In this document: positions 9,780 through 18,760 of the stretch, one piece after another
Layout: each line of letters begins with the position of its first letter
Numbering within the stretch: position 1 is the stretch's first letter
NCBI GenBank assembly: GCA_963662795.1
Contig: OY759746.1
Location: 3,136,001-3,200,000, forward strand
Direction: 5' to 3'
Length of the DNA: 64,000 nt
From: Spirochaetia bacterium
GTDB taxonomy: Bacteria > Spirochaetota > Spirochaetia > CADAEX01
Made by a program: the position numbers and the translations under genes
Notes under the pieces: generated by a model
Databases searched by the model: none
What the model was told of the DNA's origin: nothing
The model's input: the letters and a program-made list of their open reading frames with translations, nothing else

Positions 9780-11663
9780 ATGAAAAGCAGTACTTTAGAG
9801 CTCAGGAAGAAGATCTTTTTGATAGGAACAGTCCTGATTGTAGTGTTGATCATAATCAGGTACATGAGCCTGATGCTTTTCATCCCCGCAGACGGGGATG
9901 ATTCTGTTCTGCACAAACCGGTCGTGGAAAGAGGCCCGATACTTGACAGAAACGGCAGAATACTTGCCATACAGACAAGACTGTATTCGGTTACAGCCTG
10001 GATACCAAGTATAAAGGATGCCGGAAAAACAGCATCAATCATATCGGAAGTACTTGAAATTGATAAAAATCAGCTTATTCAGGATATCTCATCCCGCCCG
10101 CGGTTCATGTACATAAAAAGAAAAATTTCCAACAGCGATGCGGAGGAATTAAGGGGTTATATCGACAAGGGAGATCTGCCTGGAATAGGTCTTGAGCCTG
10201 AATACGGCAGAAGTTATCCGGAAAAAGAGCTTGCCTCCCACCTTATAGGTTATACCGGAACAGACAATACCGGACTTGAAGGGATTGAATACACATACAA
10301 CAGCATCCTTTCCCCCCCGTCAACACAGTCTATAGGAAACAGCAGTGACATCTACGGCAATCAGGTTTTTCTTACCATAGATATAAATATCCAGAATTTT
10401 GCCCATCAGGCAGCCCTTGAAGCCTGGGAAAAGTATAATCCCGATTCAGTCATGATGATAGCCGCAGAGGCCCGGACAGGAGATATACTTGCCTATGTTT
10501 CAATCCCTGAAGTTGATCTTAATAATTTCTCCGCATCGCAGGCGGGAGACAGGATCAACCGGCCTGTGGCGAATGCCTATGAACCCGGTTCTGTTTTTAA
10601 GATATTCAGTATAGCTTCCTTTCTCCAGCTTGGAGGCATTGATGAACAAAGCGAGTTTTACTGCAACGGATTTTTTGAGATAAATACAGAAGGGACAAAC
10701 CCGGTAAAAATCAAATGTCTTGGAAATCACGGGACAGTTACCCCTGAAAATATCCTTAAATATTCATGCAACGCGGGAGCGGCCTATGCCTCCCTTACTG
10801 TCTCTGATGAAAGTTTTTACCGGATGCTTAAACTGTTTGATTTCGGTGAACGGACCGGAGTTCTCCTTCCCGGCGAGACTGTCGGACTTTTAAGGGAAGA
10901 CAGGCTTTGGTCTATCCGGTCAAAACCGACAATTTCATTTGGTCAGGAAATATCAGTCTCTGCAATGCAGATAGTCAAGGCTGCCTCAGTATTTGCCAAC
11001 GCAGGTGTAATGCTTCAGCCGCATATTGTGAGCAAAGTTGTCGGGCACGACGGAAAGGTTGTTGACAAATCTGTAAGGGAACCGATAAGACAGGTAATTT
11101 CACCTGAAACCGCATCCTCCGTACTGCAGATGATGACCACTGTTGCTGATGCGGATGGAGGGACCGGGAGAAGGGCGGCCGTTGACGGGATAACAATGGC
11201 AGTAAAAACAGGGACAGCCCAGAAACTTGATAAACAAACCGGAAAATACTCTGAAAATGAGTTTATATCATCCTGCCTTGCCGTATTTCCTGCCGAGGAT
11301 CCGCAGATCATAGTATATAACGTAATTGAGAATCCAAAAAAGGTCAGCTACTACGGCGGGGTGATCGCGGCCCCCCTTGTCGGGGACCTCTCTGATAAAA
11401 TAGTATCGTATCTTGGTATACCAAGAACCGGGGACATGGTAATCAACCATCCCGGAAAAATTACCATAAAACAGAAACCTCCGCTCACACTTGATGACAA
11501 GGTTCCTGATTTTACAGGAATGTCGAAAAGGGAACTGCTTCCTCTCCTGAAAGACAACAGGGTAAAGGTTTTAATTACAGGCGACGGATGGGTAAGGAAC
11601 CAGAATCCGCCTCCGGGTACAGATGTTGTTGACGGACTTAATATCAGACTTGAGCTTGAATAA
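9780..11663 (+). CDS. ftsI: Class B penicillin-binding protein (FtsI-like) with PASTA domain
   Basis: RGPILDRNG, EPGSVFK (SxxK), SCN (SxN), KTGT, C-terminal PASTA. Confidence 0.88.
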   Translation: MKSSTLELRKKIFLIGTVLIVVLIIIRYMSLMLFIPADGDDSVLHKPVVERGPILDRNGRILAIQTRLYSVTAWIPSIKDAGKTASIISEVLEIDKNQLIQDISSRPRFMYIKRKISNSDAEELRGYIDKGDLPGIGLEPEYGRSYPEKELASHLIGYTGTDNTGLEGIEYTYNSILSPPSTQSIGNSSDIYGNQVFLTIDINIQNFAHQAALEAWEKYNPDSVMMIAAEARTGDILAYVSIPEVDLNNFSASQAGDRINRPVANAYEPGSVFKIFSIASFLQLGGIDEQSEFYCNGFFEINTEGTNPVKIKCLGNHGTVTPENILKYSCNAGAAYASLTVSDESFYRMLKLFDFGERTGVLLPGETVGLLREDRLWSIRSKPTISFGQEISVSAMQIVKAASVFANAGVMLQPHIVSKVVGHDGKVVDKSVREPIRQVISPETASSVLQMMTTVADADGGTGRRAAVDGITMAVKTGTAQKLDKQTGKYSENEFISSCLAVFPAEDPQIIVYNVIENPKKVSYYGGVIAAPLVGDLSDKIVSYLGIPRTGDMVINHPGKITIKQKPPLTLDDKVPDFTGMSKRELLPLLKDNRVKVLITGDGWVRNQNPPPGTDVVDGLNIRLELE

Positions 11664-11675
11664 ATCGGAAAACTG

Positions 11676-13532
11676 ATGGAAATTGAAGAGAAAAATTACC
11701 GGCTCCTGAAAGAAAAGTTAAATATTGACCTGAATATGCTCAACTTCAGGGATGATATGATTGTTGAGAGATCTTCAAAAGGGGAGCCTACTGTCAGAAT
11801 AGGAAACCGCTATATCCACAGCAGGCATGACCCTTCGGGTGAAGCCCGGAAGATCATAGCATCAGCCATGGAAGAAGGTTTTGACTGCTGGGTTTTCGGG
11901 GGCCTGGGCCTTGGTTATCATCTTGAAACATTTCTTGAGCTTAACAAAGAGGCAAAGGCGGTAATAGTTGAGCCTGAACTTTCTTTTTTATCTGCCGCGG
12001 CAAAAAACCGTTCCCTTGAAAAAATAATAAATTCTGACAGGGTGTATTTCGTCCTCGGCCCTGAGCCGGATGCAGTTTCTCCCTGTCTTAATTCACTGCA
12101 GTGCGAAAGAATAAAATATTTTCAGATAAGGTCTGAATATGAACTGTCTCCGGATTTTTTCGAAGAGTCTAAAAAAGCGGTTGCGCGCTATGTATCGAGA
12201 AAAGAAATAAACAACAACACATTAAAAAGATTCGGGAAAATATGGGTAAAGAACCTCTGTGATAATCTTGCCGAATTTACCGTATCACCCGGTCTTGTTC
12301 ACCTTAAGGATTTATTTAAATCCATCCCTTCCCTGATTCTTGCCGGGGGGCCGGGCCTTGATTCTGTATTGCCTTTTCTCGGAGAATTGAGAAAAAAATA
12401 TCTTCTGATTGCTGTCGACACATCATACAGGGCCTGCCTCTCATTCGGCGTGATACCAGATATCCTTATTGTTGTCGATCCCCAGTACTGGAACTCACGG
12501 CATCTTGACAGATGCGGCAGCAAAGGGACAGTGCTTGTCTCAGAGCCTTCAACCTACAGCCGGATATTCAGGAATTTCGGCAATTATAAATTCTTTGCAG
12601 GCTCTGTTTTCCCTCTCGGGCGATATTTTGAAGGTACTACATTTGAAAGGGGAAAAATCGGGGCTGGAGGCTCTGTTTCAACAAGCGCCTGGGATCTTGC
12701 GAGGCAGGCAGGGTGCAGTGAGGCTCTTTTCGCCGGGCTTGACCTTGGATACCCTGACAAAAGGACCCACTTCAAGGGGAGCTTTTTTGAAGAGAGGGCC
12801 CACACCCTGTCCTCAAGGCTCCGTCCTGCCTCTGAGATGGATTTTTCACTTATTACAGATGCCTCACTGATTGAAACAGAAAGCTCTTCCGGAGGTGTGG
12901 TTTTTACAGACAGAAGACTGATCATCTACAGACAGTGGTTTGAAGAGCAGTTTCTTATTCATGATTTCAGGACTTTAAACCTGTCTCTTAACGGCGTGCT
13001 CATAAAGGGAATGAAGACAGCTACCTTAAGGGACGCACTTGATAAACCTGATATAAGGGATGAAATCGACGGCAGACTGGAAAAACTAAAAGCATTTTCA
13101 GAAAGTTACAGGGCTTCCAGAGGAAGCGGTTATATAGATGAAACACTTAAAAACATCAGGGAATTGCTTGAATCCTTTAAAACCCTTAAAAATTCCGCAC
13201 TGAAAGGAAAAAAAGCGGCAAGAACCCTTCTTTTTAGGTTTGGAAACAGTATCGGCTTCAAAGACAGGCAGAAGAAAGAAATGCAAAAACTCTTCACTGC
13301 GCTTGATGAGGCGGATATGGAGGTTCTTGCCGGAAGCGGGAAAAGCATGGCCGGATTTCTTCTGCAGGATGTAATCAGAACCATAACAGGGGATGCCGGT
13401 TCAAAAGACTTTGGCTCGGTAATAGGAAAATCACTGAAAATTTATACAGAACTTGAGCAGTCATCTGATATCCATATCTCTAACCTTAAAAATAGCCTGA
13501 AAGCGCTTGAAAAGAAAAAATCACGGCAGTAA
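11676..13532 (+). CDS. Motility-associated factor (Maf)/DUF115 MptE-like flagellin glycosyltransferase family protein
   Basis: IHSRHDP, GLGLGY, AGGPGLD, VDPQ, GGSVST, GLDLGY motifs. Confidence 0.82.
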   Translation: MEIEEKNYRLLKEKLNIDLNMLNFRDDMIVERSSKGEPTVRIGNRYIHSRHDPSGEARKIIASAMEEGFDCWVFGGLGLGYHLETFLELNKEAKAVIVEPELSFLSAAAKNRSLEKIINSDRVYFVLGPEPDAVSPCLNSLQCERIKYFQIRSEYELSPDFFEESKKAVARYVSRKEINNNTLKRFGKIWVKNLCDNLAEFTVSPGLVHLKDLFKSIPSLILAGGPGLDSVLPFLGELRKKYLLIAVDTSYRACLSFGVIPDILIVVDPQYWNSRHLDRCGSKGTVLVSEPSTYSRIFRNFGNYKFFAGSVFPLGRYFEGTTFERGKIGAGGSVSTSAWDLARQAGCSEALFAGLDLGYPDKRTHFKGSFFEERAHTLSSRLRPASEMDFSLITDASLIETESSSGGVVFTDRRLIIYRQWFEEQFLIHDFRTLNLSLNGVLIKGMKTATLRDALDKPDIRDEIDGRLEKLKAFSESYRASRGSGYIDETLKNIRELLESFKTLKNSALKGKKAARTLLFRFGNSIGFKDRQKKEMQKLFTALDEADMEVLAGSGKSMAGFLLQDVIRTITGDAGSKDFGSVIGKSLKIYTELEQSSDIHISNLKNSLKALEKKKSRQ

Positions 13533-13672
13533 TAAATATACCCGGCTTATAAACATATCTTAAAAATCTTCAAGGCAGTCTTGTCCCTGAAATTCGAAAA
13601 GAACATTAAAGGGGCTCTCCCATCAGACCGAAAATAATACTGAGGGTTGCTTAATTATTTGGTCCTCAAATT

Positions 13673-13711
13673 ACGGTATGCAATACTGACGTCCAGGCAT
13701 ACCGTTTTTTT
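13673..13711 (+). terminator. Intrinsic terminator-like hairpin
   Basis: ACGGTATGC (13673-81) / GCATACCGT (13697-705) followed by a T run. Confidence 0.6.
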
Positions 13712-13762
13712 ATTTTTAAATACTTGTCAGATAAGAACTTATTCTGCTATACCTGTTCCCTG

Positions 13763-13795
13763 CACCATTTCCTACACCATTTCCTACACCATTTT
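13763..13795. repeat. Tandem 12-bp repeat CACCATTTCCTA (about 2.7 copies), probable integrase arm-type binding sites
   Basis: Direct repeats seen just upstream of the integrase start. Confidence 0.6.
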
Positions 13796-13823
13796 ATTTT
13801 TAATTTTGATAAGGGGTCAATAA

Positions 13824-14986
13824 ATGCGTAGCAGAAAACCTTATTCATTGGTTAAAAGAAAGCCAAAAAAGGGTCATGTATACCATTATCGCTTCTATGA
13901 TGAGACAGGCAGACGCAATAAAAGAAATACCGGGCAAACAACAATTGTAAAAGCCCATGAGTATGTTCTGTCTCTTTTAAACAAGGGCTCCCTGGTATCA
14001 GAGAAAAAAGAAAAAGAACTTCCAGTCAAAGGAATTACCACTTTTAAAGATTTCGCAGAAGAATATTTCGTCTGGGGGAAGTGTGATTATATCCTTGAAC
14101 GGAATAATTTCGGCGGTAAATCCATTTCAAAGGAACATGCATATACTGAACGGCAATACCTGGTTAACTGGATCAGGCCGTATTTTAAATCCCGGGATAT
14201 GGAAACAATTTCCATAAATGATATCAAAAGCTTTGTATTTTATCTCAAGAAGAAGGGAACACTTTCAGATGGGACCATTAACCATATTTTAAAACTGGTT
14301 AAAATGGTCTTTTCTAAAGCTCATCGGGATGAGGTAATTGAAAAAATCCAACAGAAGGACTCCCTTATTTAAGAGTGTACCAGAAAAACCGCGGGATCCT
14401 CACGATAGAAGAGGCACATAAGCTATTTAAAGAAAGTGACATGATGGAGGTTTGGGGAAATGAAATGCTCTATGCCTTAAATCTGTTTGCGATAATGACC
14501 GGCTGCAGGAGGGGTGAAATTCTTCGCTGCAGAATAAGTACGTTCACAATGAATATGTAGAGATAAAACACTCCTGGGGGAAATTAACAGGCCTTAAACC
14601 TACAAAAACAAAGGAAGAGCGGGTAATTCCTATACATCAGGGGTTATCCAGGTATTTAACAGAGCTTAAAGGGGAGAATCCGGACGGGTTTATATTCTCC
14701 TATGATGGTGGGGAAAAGATATTCCCGAAAAACGAGATATTAAAAGGTCTTTATGCTTCACTTGAGAAAATTGGGATAACTCAGGAAGAGAGGGAGAGGC
14801 GAAATATCACTTTTCACTCATACCGGCATTTCATTTAATACCTATTGCCGGTCCCAGAATGTAACAGACGACAAGGTGAGGGCAGTCACAGGGCATAAAA
14901 CACAAGCTATGGTTGATAATTATACCCATTTCAGGGTTGAGGATTTCCGGGAGATACTTGATGTACAAGGGACTATTATTAATTGA
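13824..14986 (+). pseudogene. Tyrosine recombinase/integrase, multiply frameshifted
   Basis: Arm-binding/SAM-like N terminus (13824-14372), then TGCRRGEI, KPTKT, ITFHSYRH, VTGHKT and NYTH motifs in different frames. Confidence 0.88.
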
Positions 14987-15001
14987 GTTAAAAAAGTATT
15001 G

Positions 15002-15030
15002 TTGCAGTAATCAATAAACATGCTTAAAAT
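15002..15030 (+). promoter_or_regulatory. Putative sigma70 promoter of the ImmA/DUF4411 operon
   Basis: TTGCAG-17 bp-TAAAAT. Confidence 0.45.
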
Positions 15031-15118
15031 AAATATGAGAACTGATTTTATTTTTCAGATAAGTTTTGACATTTTTAATTGAAATATTGCATTTCAGGTA
15101 GCAATCGGAGTTATAAAT

Positions 15119-16273
15119 ATGGTTCAGGCATTAATTAAACCACAAATTGTTAAATGGGCTCGTGAGAATGCAAATTTAAATGAAGATATAATTGCAGCCG
15201 CCTTAAAAATAAAGATAGATAAATACCTTGCTTGGGAAAATGGAGAGGAGTTGCCAAGTTTTATTCAAGCACAGAAATTGGCAAAAAAACTTCAAATACC
15301 TTTTGGTTTTTTATATTTGAATAAGCCACCTGAAAAGTCTATCCCTATCCCTGATCTGAGAACTATTAATAATATTAAGAACGATTTTAGTATAAATTTT
15401 CAGGACATTATTAAATCTGCATTAAGGAAACAAGAGTGGCTAAGTAACTACTTAAAAGGTGAGGATGAAGATAAAGTCGATTTTATTGGCAAGTTTGGTA
15501 TTAATGATGACTATCATACTATAGCAAAGGATATTAGAGAAAAACTTGATATTGATATTAAGGCAGCAAAAAAAATTAAAACATGGGCTGATTATTTAAG
15601 TTATTTAGCACATAAAGCTGAATTAAAAAATATAATAGTTTTAAGAAATAGTGTTGTTGGGAATAATACGAATAGGCATCTTAATGTATCTGAATTTAGA
15701 GGATTTGCTATTTGTGACCAATATGCTCCTCTAATTTTTATCAATACAGATGATTCTAAAGCTGCTCAAATATTTACCTTTGCTCATGAATTGGCTCATT
15801 TATGGCTTGGCGAAAGTGGTATTTCTGATATTTTTATTGATACAGACAACGAAACACAAAACAAAAATATTGAATATTTTTGTAATTCTATTGCGGGTGA
15901 ATTTTTGATACCAAGCGATCTAATAATTAAAAATAAAAATATCAACTCTCAAATACTTTCTGATTTAGCAAATGAGTTTAAAGTTAGTACCGTTGTAATA
16001 TTGCGTAGAGCATATGATTTAAAAATTATTAATAAAAACACTTATTACAGCTTGCTTGAAGTAGAAAAAGAAAAACAAAAATTACCCTTAAAAACTTCTT
16101 CCGGGGGTGATTTTTATAAAACTAATCTTCTTCGAAATGGAGAGATATTAACTAATTATTTAATTAATTCTGTCTTAGAAGGAAAAGTTTTATACAGAGA
16201 AGCTGCATTAATTTTAGACGTTAAAGTTGAGACTATCCGAAAAATAGCAGATCAAATGAGCATTAGAAGCTAA
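15119..16273 (+). CDS. XRE-HTH + ImmA/IrrE zinc metallopeptidase (putative antitoxin)
   Basis: N-terminal HTH (WENGEELPS), FRGFAI, FTFAHELAH (HExxH). Confidence 0.9.
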   Translation: MVQALIKPQIVKWARENANLNEDIIAAALKIKIDKYLAWENGEELPSFIQAQKLAKKLQIPFGFLYLNKPPEKSIPIPDLRTINNIKNDFSINFQDIIKSALRKQEWLSNYLKGEDEDKVDFIGKFGINDDYHTIAKDIREKLDIDIKAAKKIKTWADYLSYLAHKAELKNIIVLRNSVVGNNTNRHLNVSEFRGFAICDQYAPLIFINTDDSKAAQIFTFAHELAHLWLGESGISDIFIDTDNETQNKNIEYFCNSIAGEFLIPSDLIIKNKNINSQILSDLANEFKVSTVVILRRAYDLKIINKNTYYSLLEVEKEKQKLPLKTSSGGDFYKTNLLRNGEILTNYLINSVLEGKVLYREAALILDVKVETIRKIADQMSIRS

Positions 16274-16758
16274 TGGATACATTTTGTCTTGATTCAAATA
16301 TCTTTATAGAAGCGAAAAATGGTGCTTATGGTTTTGACATTGTCCCTGGCTTTTGGAATTGGTTAGATTATAATATTGAAAAAGGAATAATCTATTCCCC
16401 TATAAATGTATATCAAGAATTAATTGAAAGTGATGATGACTTAGCTATTTGGGCAAAGGATCGGAGAGATAAAGGATTATTCAGGCTACCAAATGACGAA
16501 ATTCAAATTTTTTTCAGTAAAGTTGCAGATTTCGTAGTTAATACTTATCCGCCTGAATATGCAGACCCCTTTTTAAATGGTGCTGATCCATGGGTTATAT
16601 CATATGCAAAGATTAATAATTCGAAAGTAGTAACTCGAGAACGATTTTTGTCTGGTACCCCTAAAAGAGTAAAAATACCGAATGTATGTGAATATTTTCA
16701 TATAGCTTACCTTGATACATATACGTTGCTTAGAACATTAAAAGCCCAATTTAATTGA
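16273..16758 (+). CDS. DUF4411 PIN-like domain protein (putative toxin)
   Basis: LDSNIFIEA, ADPWVI, VVTRE, KIPNVC; TAATG overlap with the upstream peptidase gene. Confidence 0.85.
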   Translation: MDTFCLDSNIFIEAKNGAYGFDIVPGFWNWLDYNIEKGIIYSPINVYQELIESDDDLAIWAKDRRDKGLFRLPNDEIQIFFSKVADFVVNTYPPEYADPFLNGADPWVISYAKINNSKVVTRERFLSGTPKRVKIPNVCEYFHIAYLDTYTLLRTLKAQFN

Positions 16759-16781
16759 ACAATACTTGAATCACCTCAATT

Positions 16782-16812
16782 ATTCCCCCTGTTATATATC
16801 CAGGGGGATTTT
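16782..16812. terminator. Probable terminator between convergent TA operons
   Basis: TCCCCCTG / CAGGGGGA stem with T-rich 3' tail. Confidence 0.6.
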
Positions 16813-16877
16813 ATAATTTATAGGCATTAATTCTTTAAAATATAACTATTTTACAAAAAATTATGAATCATTTAGCA

Positions 16878-17999
16878 TTAACCAACTAAAATATTTTGAG
16901 GAAAAAGATCTTTTACTTTTTTCTTATAACGAGATAATTTTTTATACTCAACATAACCATTATGTTGTAAAATACCAAGTATTACGGATACTTCTATTTT
17001 TAATTTATTTGATATATTTAAGAGCGTTGCGTCAGTAAAATAATTGATAAATGGTTTTGAAAGTTCTATAATCTCTTTCACTTTTAATATTTCTTCAGCT
17101 TTGGAATCTGCTTCCTTTTCTATTTTTGATATTGAAGTATCTTTATGATCAAAATCATCAAGGGAAAAATAATCTTTATTTTTTGATAGATGTAGAAGTA
17201 TATGAGCTATTTCATGAGCTAATGTAAACCAAAAATTATCAATTCGATCATATCTGGCTGTATACACAATAACAGGATTTTCTTCTTCAAAAAAACATGC
17301 TCCATCTAAATAAGTTTTTGAAAGATGTGATTGAACGAAAAATTTTACACCCGCAGCATTTAAAGATTTAATTATCTCATTTACTCCATTTTCTTGAATT
17401 GTATATTTTGTTAAATTCTTTGATATTTTTTCTAATTTATTCATATCATACTTAGGGACAATAAAATTTCTTGAATGTTTTTTTGCAATTTGGTACCATG
17501 TATAACTATAGCGGTATGTGAAATCTTCATTTTCTTTTGATTGCCTTGCACAAAATTTTTTAGCTCCATCATAAAAGGAGAAATCAAGAGAGGTTACATC
17601 CCAAATCTTTTTATAAAGTTCTTCATAGTCTCTTGTTTTGTTGCTTGTCTTAAACCATCCTTTCTTATAAATTTCTAAAACAGGCATATATTTTCTAATT
17701 TCAGCCTTTTTTTTAATTATATTTTCTATTTTTTGTTTATTATCAGGTAAATTTAATCGGTAATTATTATCAAGGTTTAACCAATATTCTGGACTTGTCT
17801 CAAAGGCATTTGATAATAATTTTGCTGTTTCAACAGATATTTTTTGTTTATTGGTAATAATTTGACTTATTGTTTTTCCTGATAATTCAGTTATTTCAGC
17901 AAGATCTTCTTGTGTCCAACCTAAAGCGTCTAAATTCCTTTTAACTATGTCTCCAGCGCCTATTAAAATATAAGGCTTAATATAACATGATTTTTCCAT
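16878..17999 (-). CDS. higA: HigA-type HTH antitoxin fused to an ImmA/IrrE peptidase domain
   Basis: WTQEDLA...SPEYWLNL HigA HTH; DNFWFTLAHEIAH HExxH. Confidence 0.85.
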   Translation of the reverse strand: MEKSCYIKPYILIGAGDIVKRNLDALGWTQEDLAEITELSGKTISQIITNKQKISVETAKLLSNAFETSPEYWLNLDNNYRLNLPDNKQKIENIIKKKAEIRKYMPVLEIYKKGWFKTSNKTRDYEELYKKIWDVTSLDFSFYDGAKKFCARQSKENEDFTYRYSYTWYQIAKKHSRNFIVPKYDMNKLEKISKNLTKYTIQENGVNEIIKSLNAAGVKFFVQSHLSKTYLDGACFFEEENPVIVYTARYDRIDNFWFTLAHEIAHILLHLSKNKDYFSLDDFDHKDTSISKIEKEADSKAEEILKVKEIIELSKPFINYFTDATLLNISNKLKIEVSVILGILQHNGYVEYKKLSRYKKKVKDLFPQNILVG

Positions 18000-18022
18000 T
18001 GATACCCTCCGCCAAATAACAA

Positions 18023-18331
18023 TTAGTGATAATGAACACTAATTTTATCTATTCCAATTATTCCTTTTAGTTTTTCATTATCCTCCCATTCAATTTCAAC
18101 TTCTAATCTGTATTTCTTTGTTAATCTTAACGAATAGCGGTTTTTAAATTTTTTAAGTCTTTCAAAATTTAACGATGGTTCTTTGCGTAAGTCATATATA
18201 TTATTTGCAGCACATAAACTCGCTATGACTTCAAAGAAACTATGTATAACAATTTTATCGAGTTTATTCTTTCTGGTTTTCCCGCTTTCATATAAGTTAG
18301 CAATTTCTTTATTCAGAAATCTTACTTCCAC
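18023..18331 (-). CDS. higB: HigB/RelE-ParE family toxin (plasmid maintenance killer type)
   Basis: LNFERL, YSLRL..KYRL and C-terminal HYH; lies upstream of higA; GTG start appears leaderless. Confidence 0.85.
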   Translation of the reverse strand: MEVRFLNKEIANLYESGKTRKNKLDKIVIHSFFEVIASLCAANNIYDLRKEPSLNFERLKKFKNRYSLRLTKKYRLEVEIEWEDNEKLKGIIGIDKISVHYH

Positions 18332-18337
18332 TCACAA

Positions 18338-18425
18338 AGTATCGGGTAATATTGTTCAAATGTCAAGGCGTATTTTACCTAAAAGGTAAAACGATCTTGA
18401 CATTTGTTGTTAATTGTGATATAAT
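18338..18425. promoter_or_regulatory. Back-to-back sigma70 promoters with a central palindromic operator
   Basis: Minus strand TTGACA (18366-61)-17-GATACT; plus strand TTGACA (18397-402)-17-TGnTATAAT (-10 at 18420-25); TTTTACCT-aaa-AGGTAAAA at 18373-18391. Confidence 0.8.
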
Positions 18426-18427
18426 AA

Positions 18428-18493
18428 TAAAAAATGGAGCATAAAAAGCTCCACCCGTAATTTTGCGGAATGAAGCCATTAATTTATTGTGGT
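18428..18493 (-). ncRNA. Putative ~65-nt cis-antisense sRNA
   Basis: Minus-strand promoter TTGACA (18528-23)-17-TAAAAT (18505-00) and terminator TGGAGC-7 nt-GCTCCA-T6; ends approximate. Confidence 0.55.
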
Positions 18494-18596
18494 ATATAAA
18501 TTTTAACTGGTTTTTATTCCTCTGTCAATATTTTTTTGCAGCCTTATACGTTGTATTTGGAGCAAAATTGCGCAACTTAATGCGGAGGTAAACTAT

Positions 18597-18728
18597 ATGG
18601 CTAAAACAATTCATGTAACTGGGCATAGAAGATCAACACCTTCTTCCCCGCCATATAATGGTTCGGGACATAAACCAGGGCCCAAAACTGTCCCTGTAAA
18701 ACCGTATAACAGAAAACCACCTAAATAG
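18597..18728 (+). CDS. 43-aa basic, proline-rich peptide (missing from the ORF track)
   Basis: MAKTIHVTGHRRSTPSSPPYNGSGHKPGPKTVPVKPYNRKPPK; GGAGG RBS, consensus promoter and own terminator. Confidence 0.75.
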   Translation: MAKTIHVTGHRRSTPSSPPYNGSGHKPGPKTVPVKPYNRKPPK

Positions 18729-18730
18729 GT

Positions 18731-18760
18731 AAAAAAGCCCTATTTATATAGGGCTGTTTT
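18731..18760. terminator. Bidirectional intrinsic terminator
   Basis: A6-GCCCTAT / ATAGGGC-TGTTTTT between the peptide gene and the convergent Abi-like gene. Confidence 0.75.

Noticed and set aside
9728-10042. N-terminal extension of the 561-aa M23 ORF
   Set aside because: Overlaps the PBP gene on the opposite strand; the ATG at 9727 is more plausible
13763-13795. Tandem repeat as a CRISPR array or iterons
   Set aside because: Only 12-bp units with no spacers, and no cas or rep gene nearby
18434-18499. 8- and 9-codon mini-ORFs in the peptide leader
   Set aside because: Neither has a properly spaced RBS or overlaps the peptide start; cannot be supported without Ribo-seq
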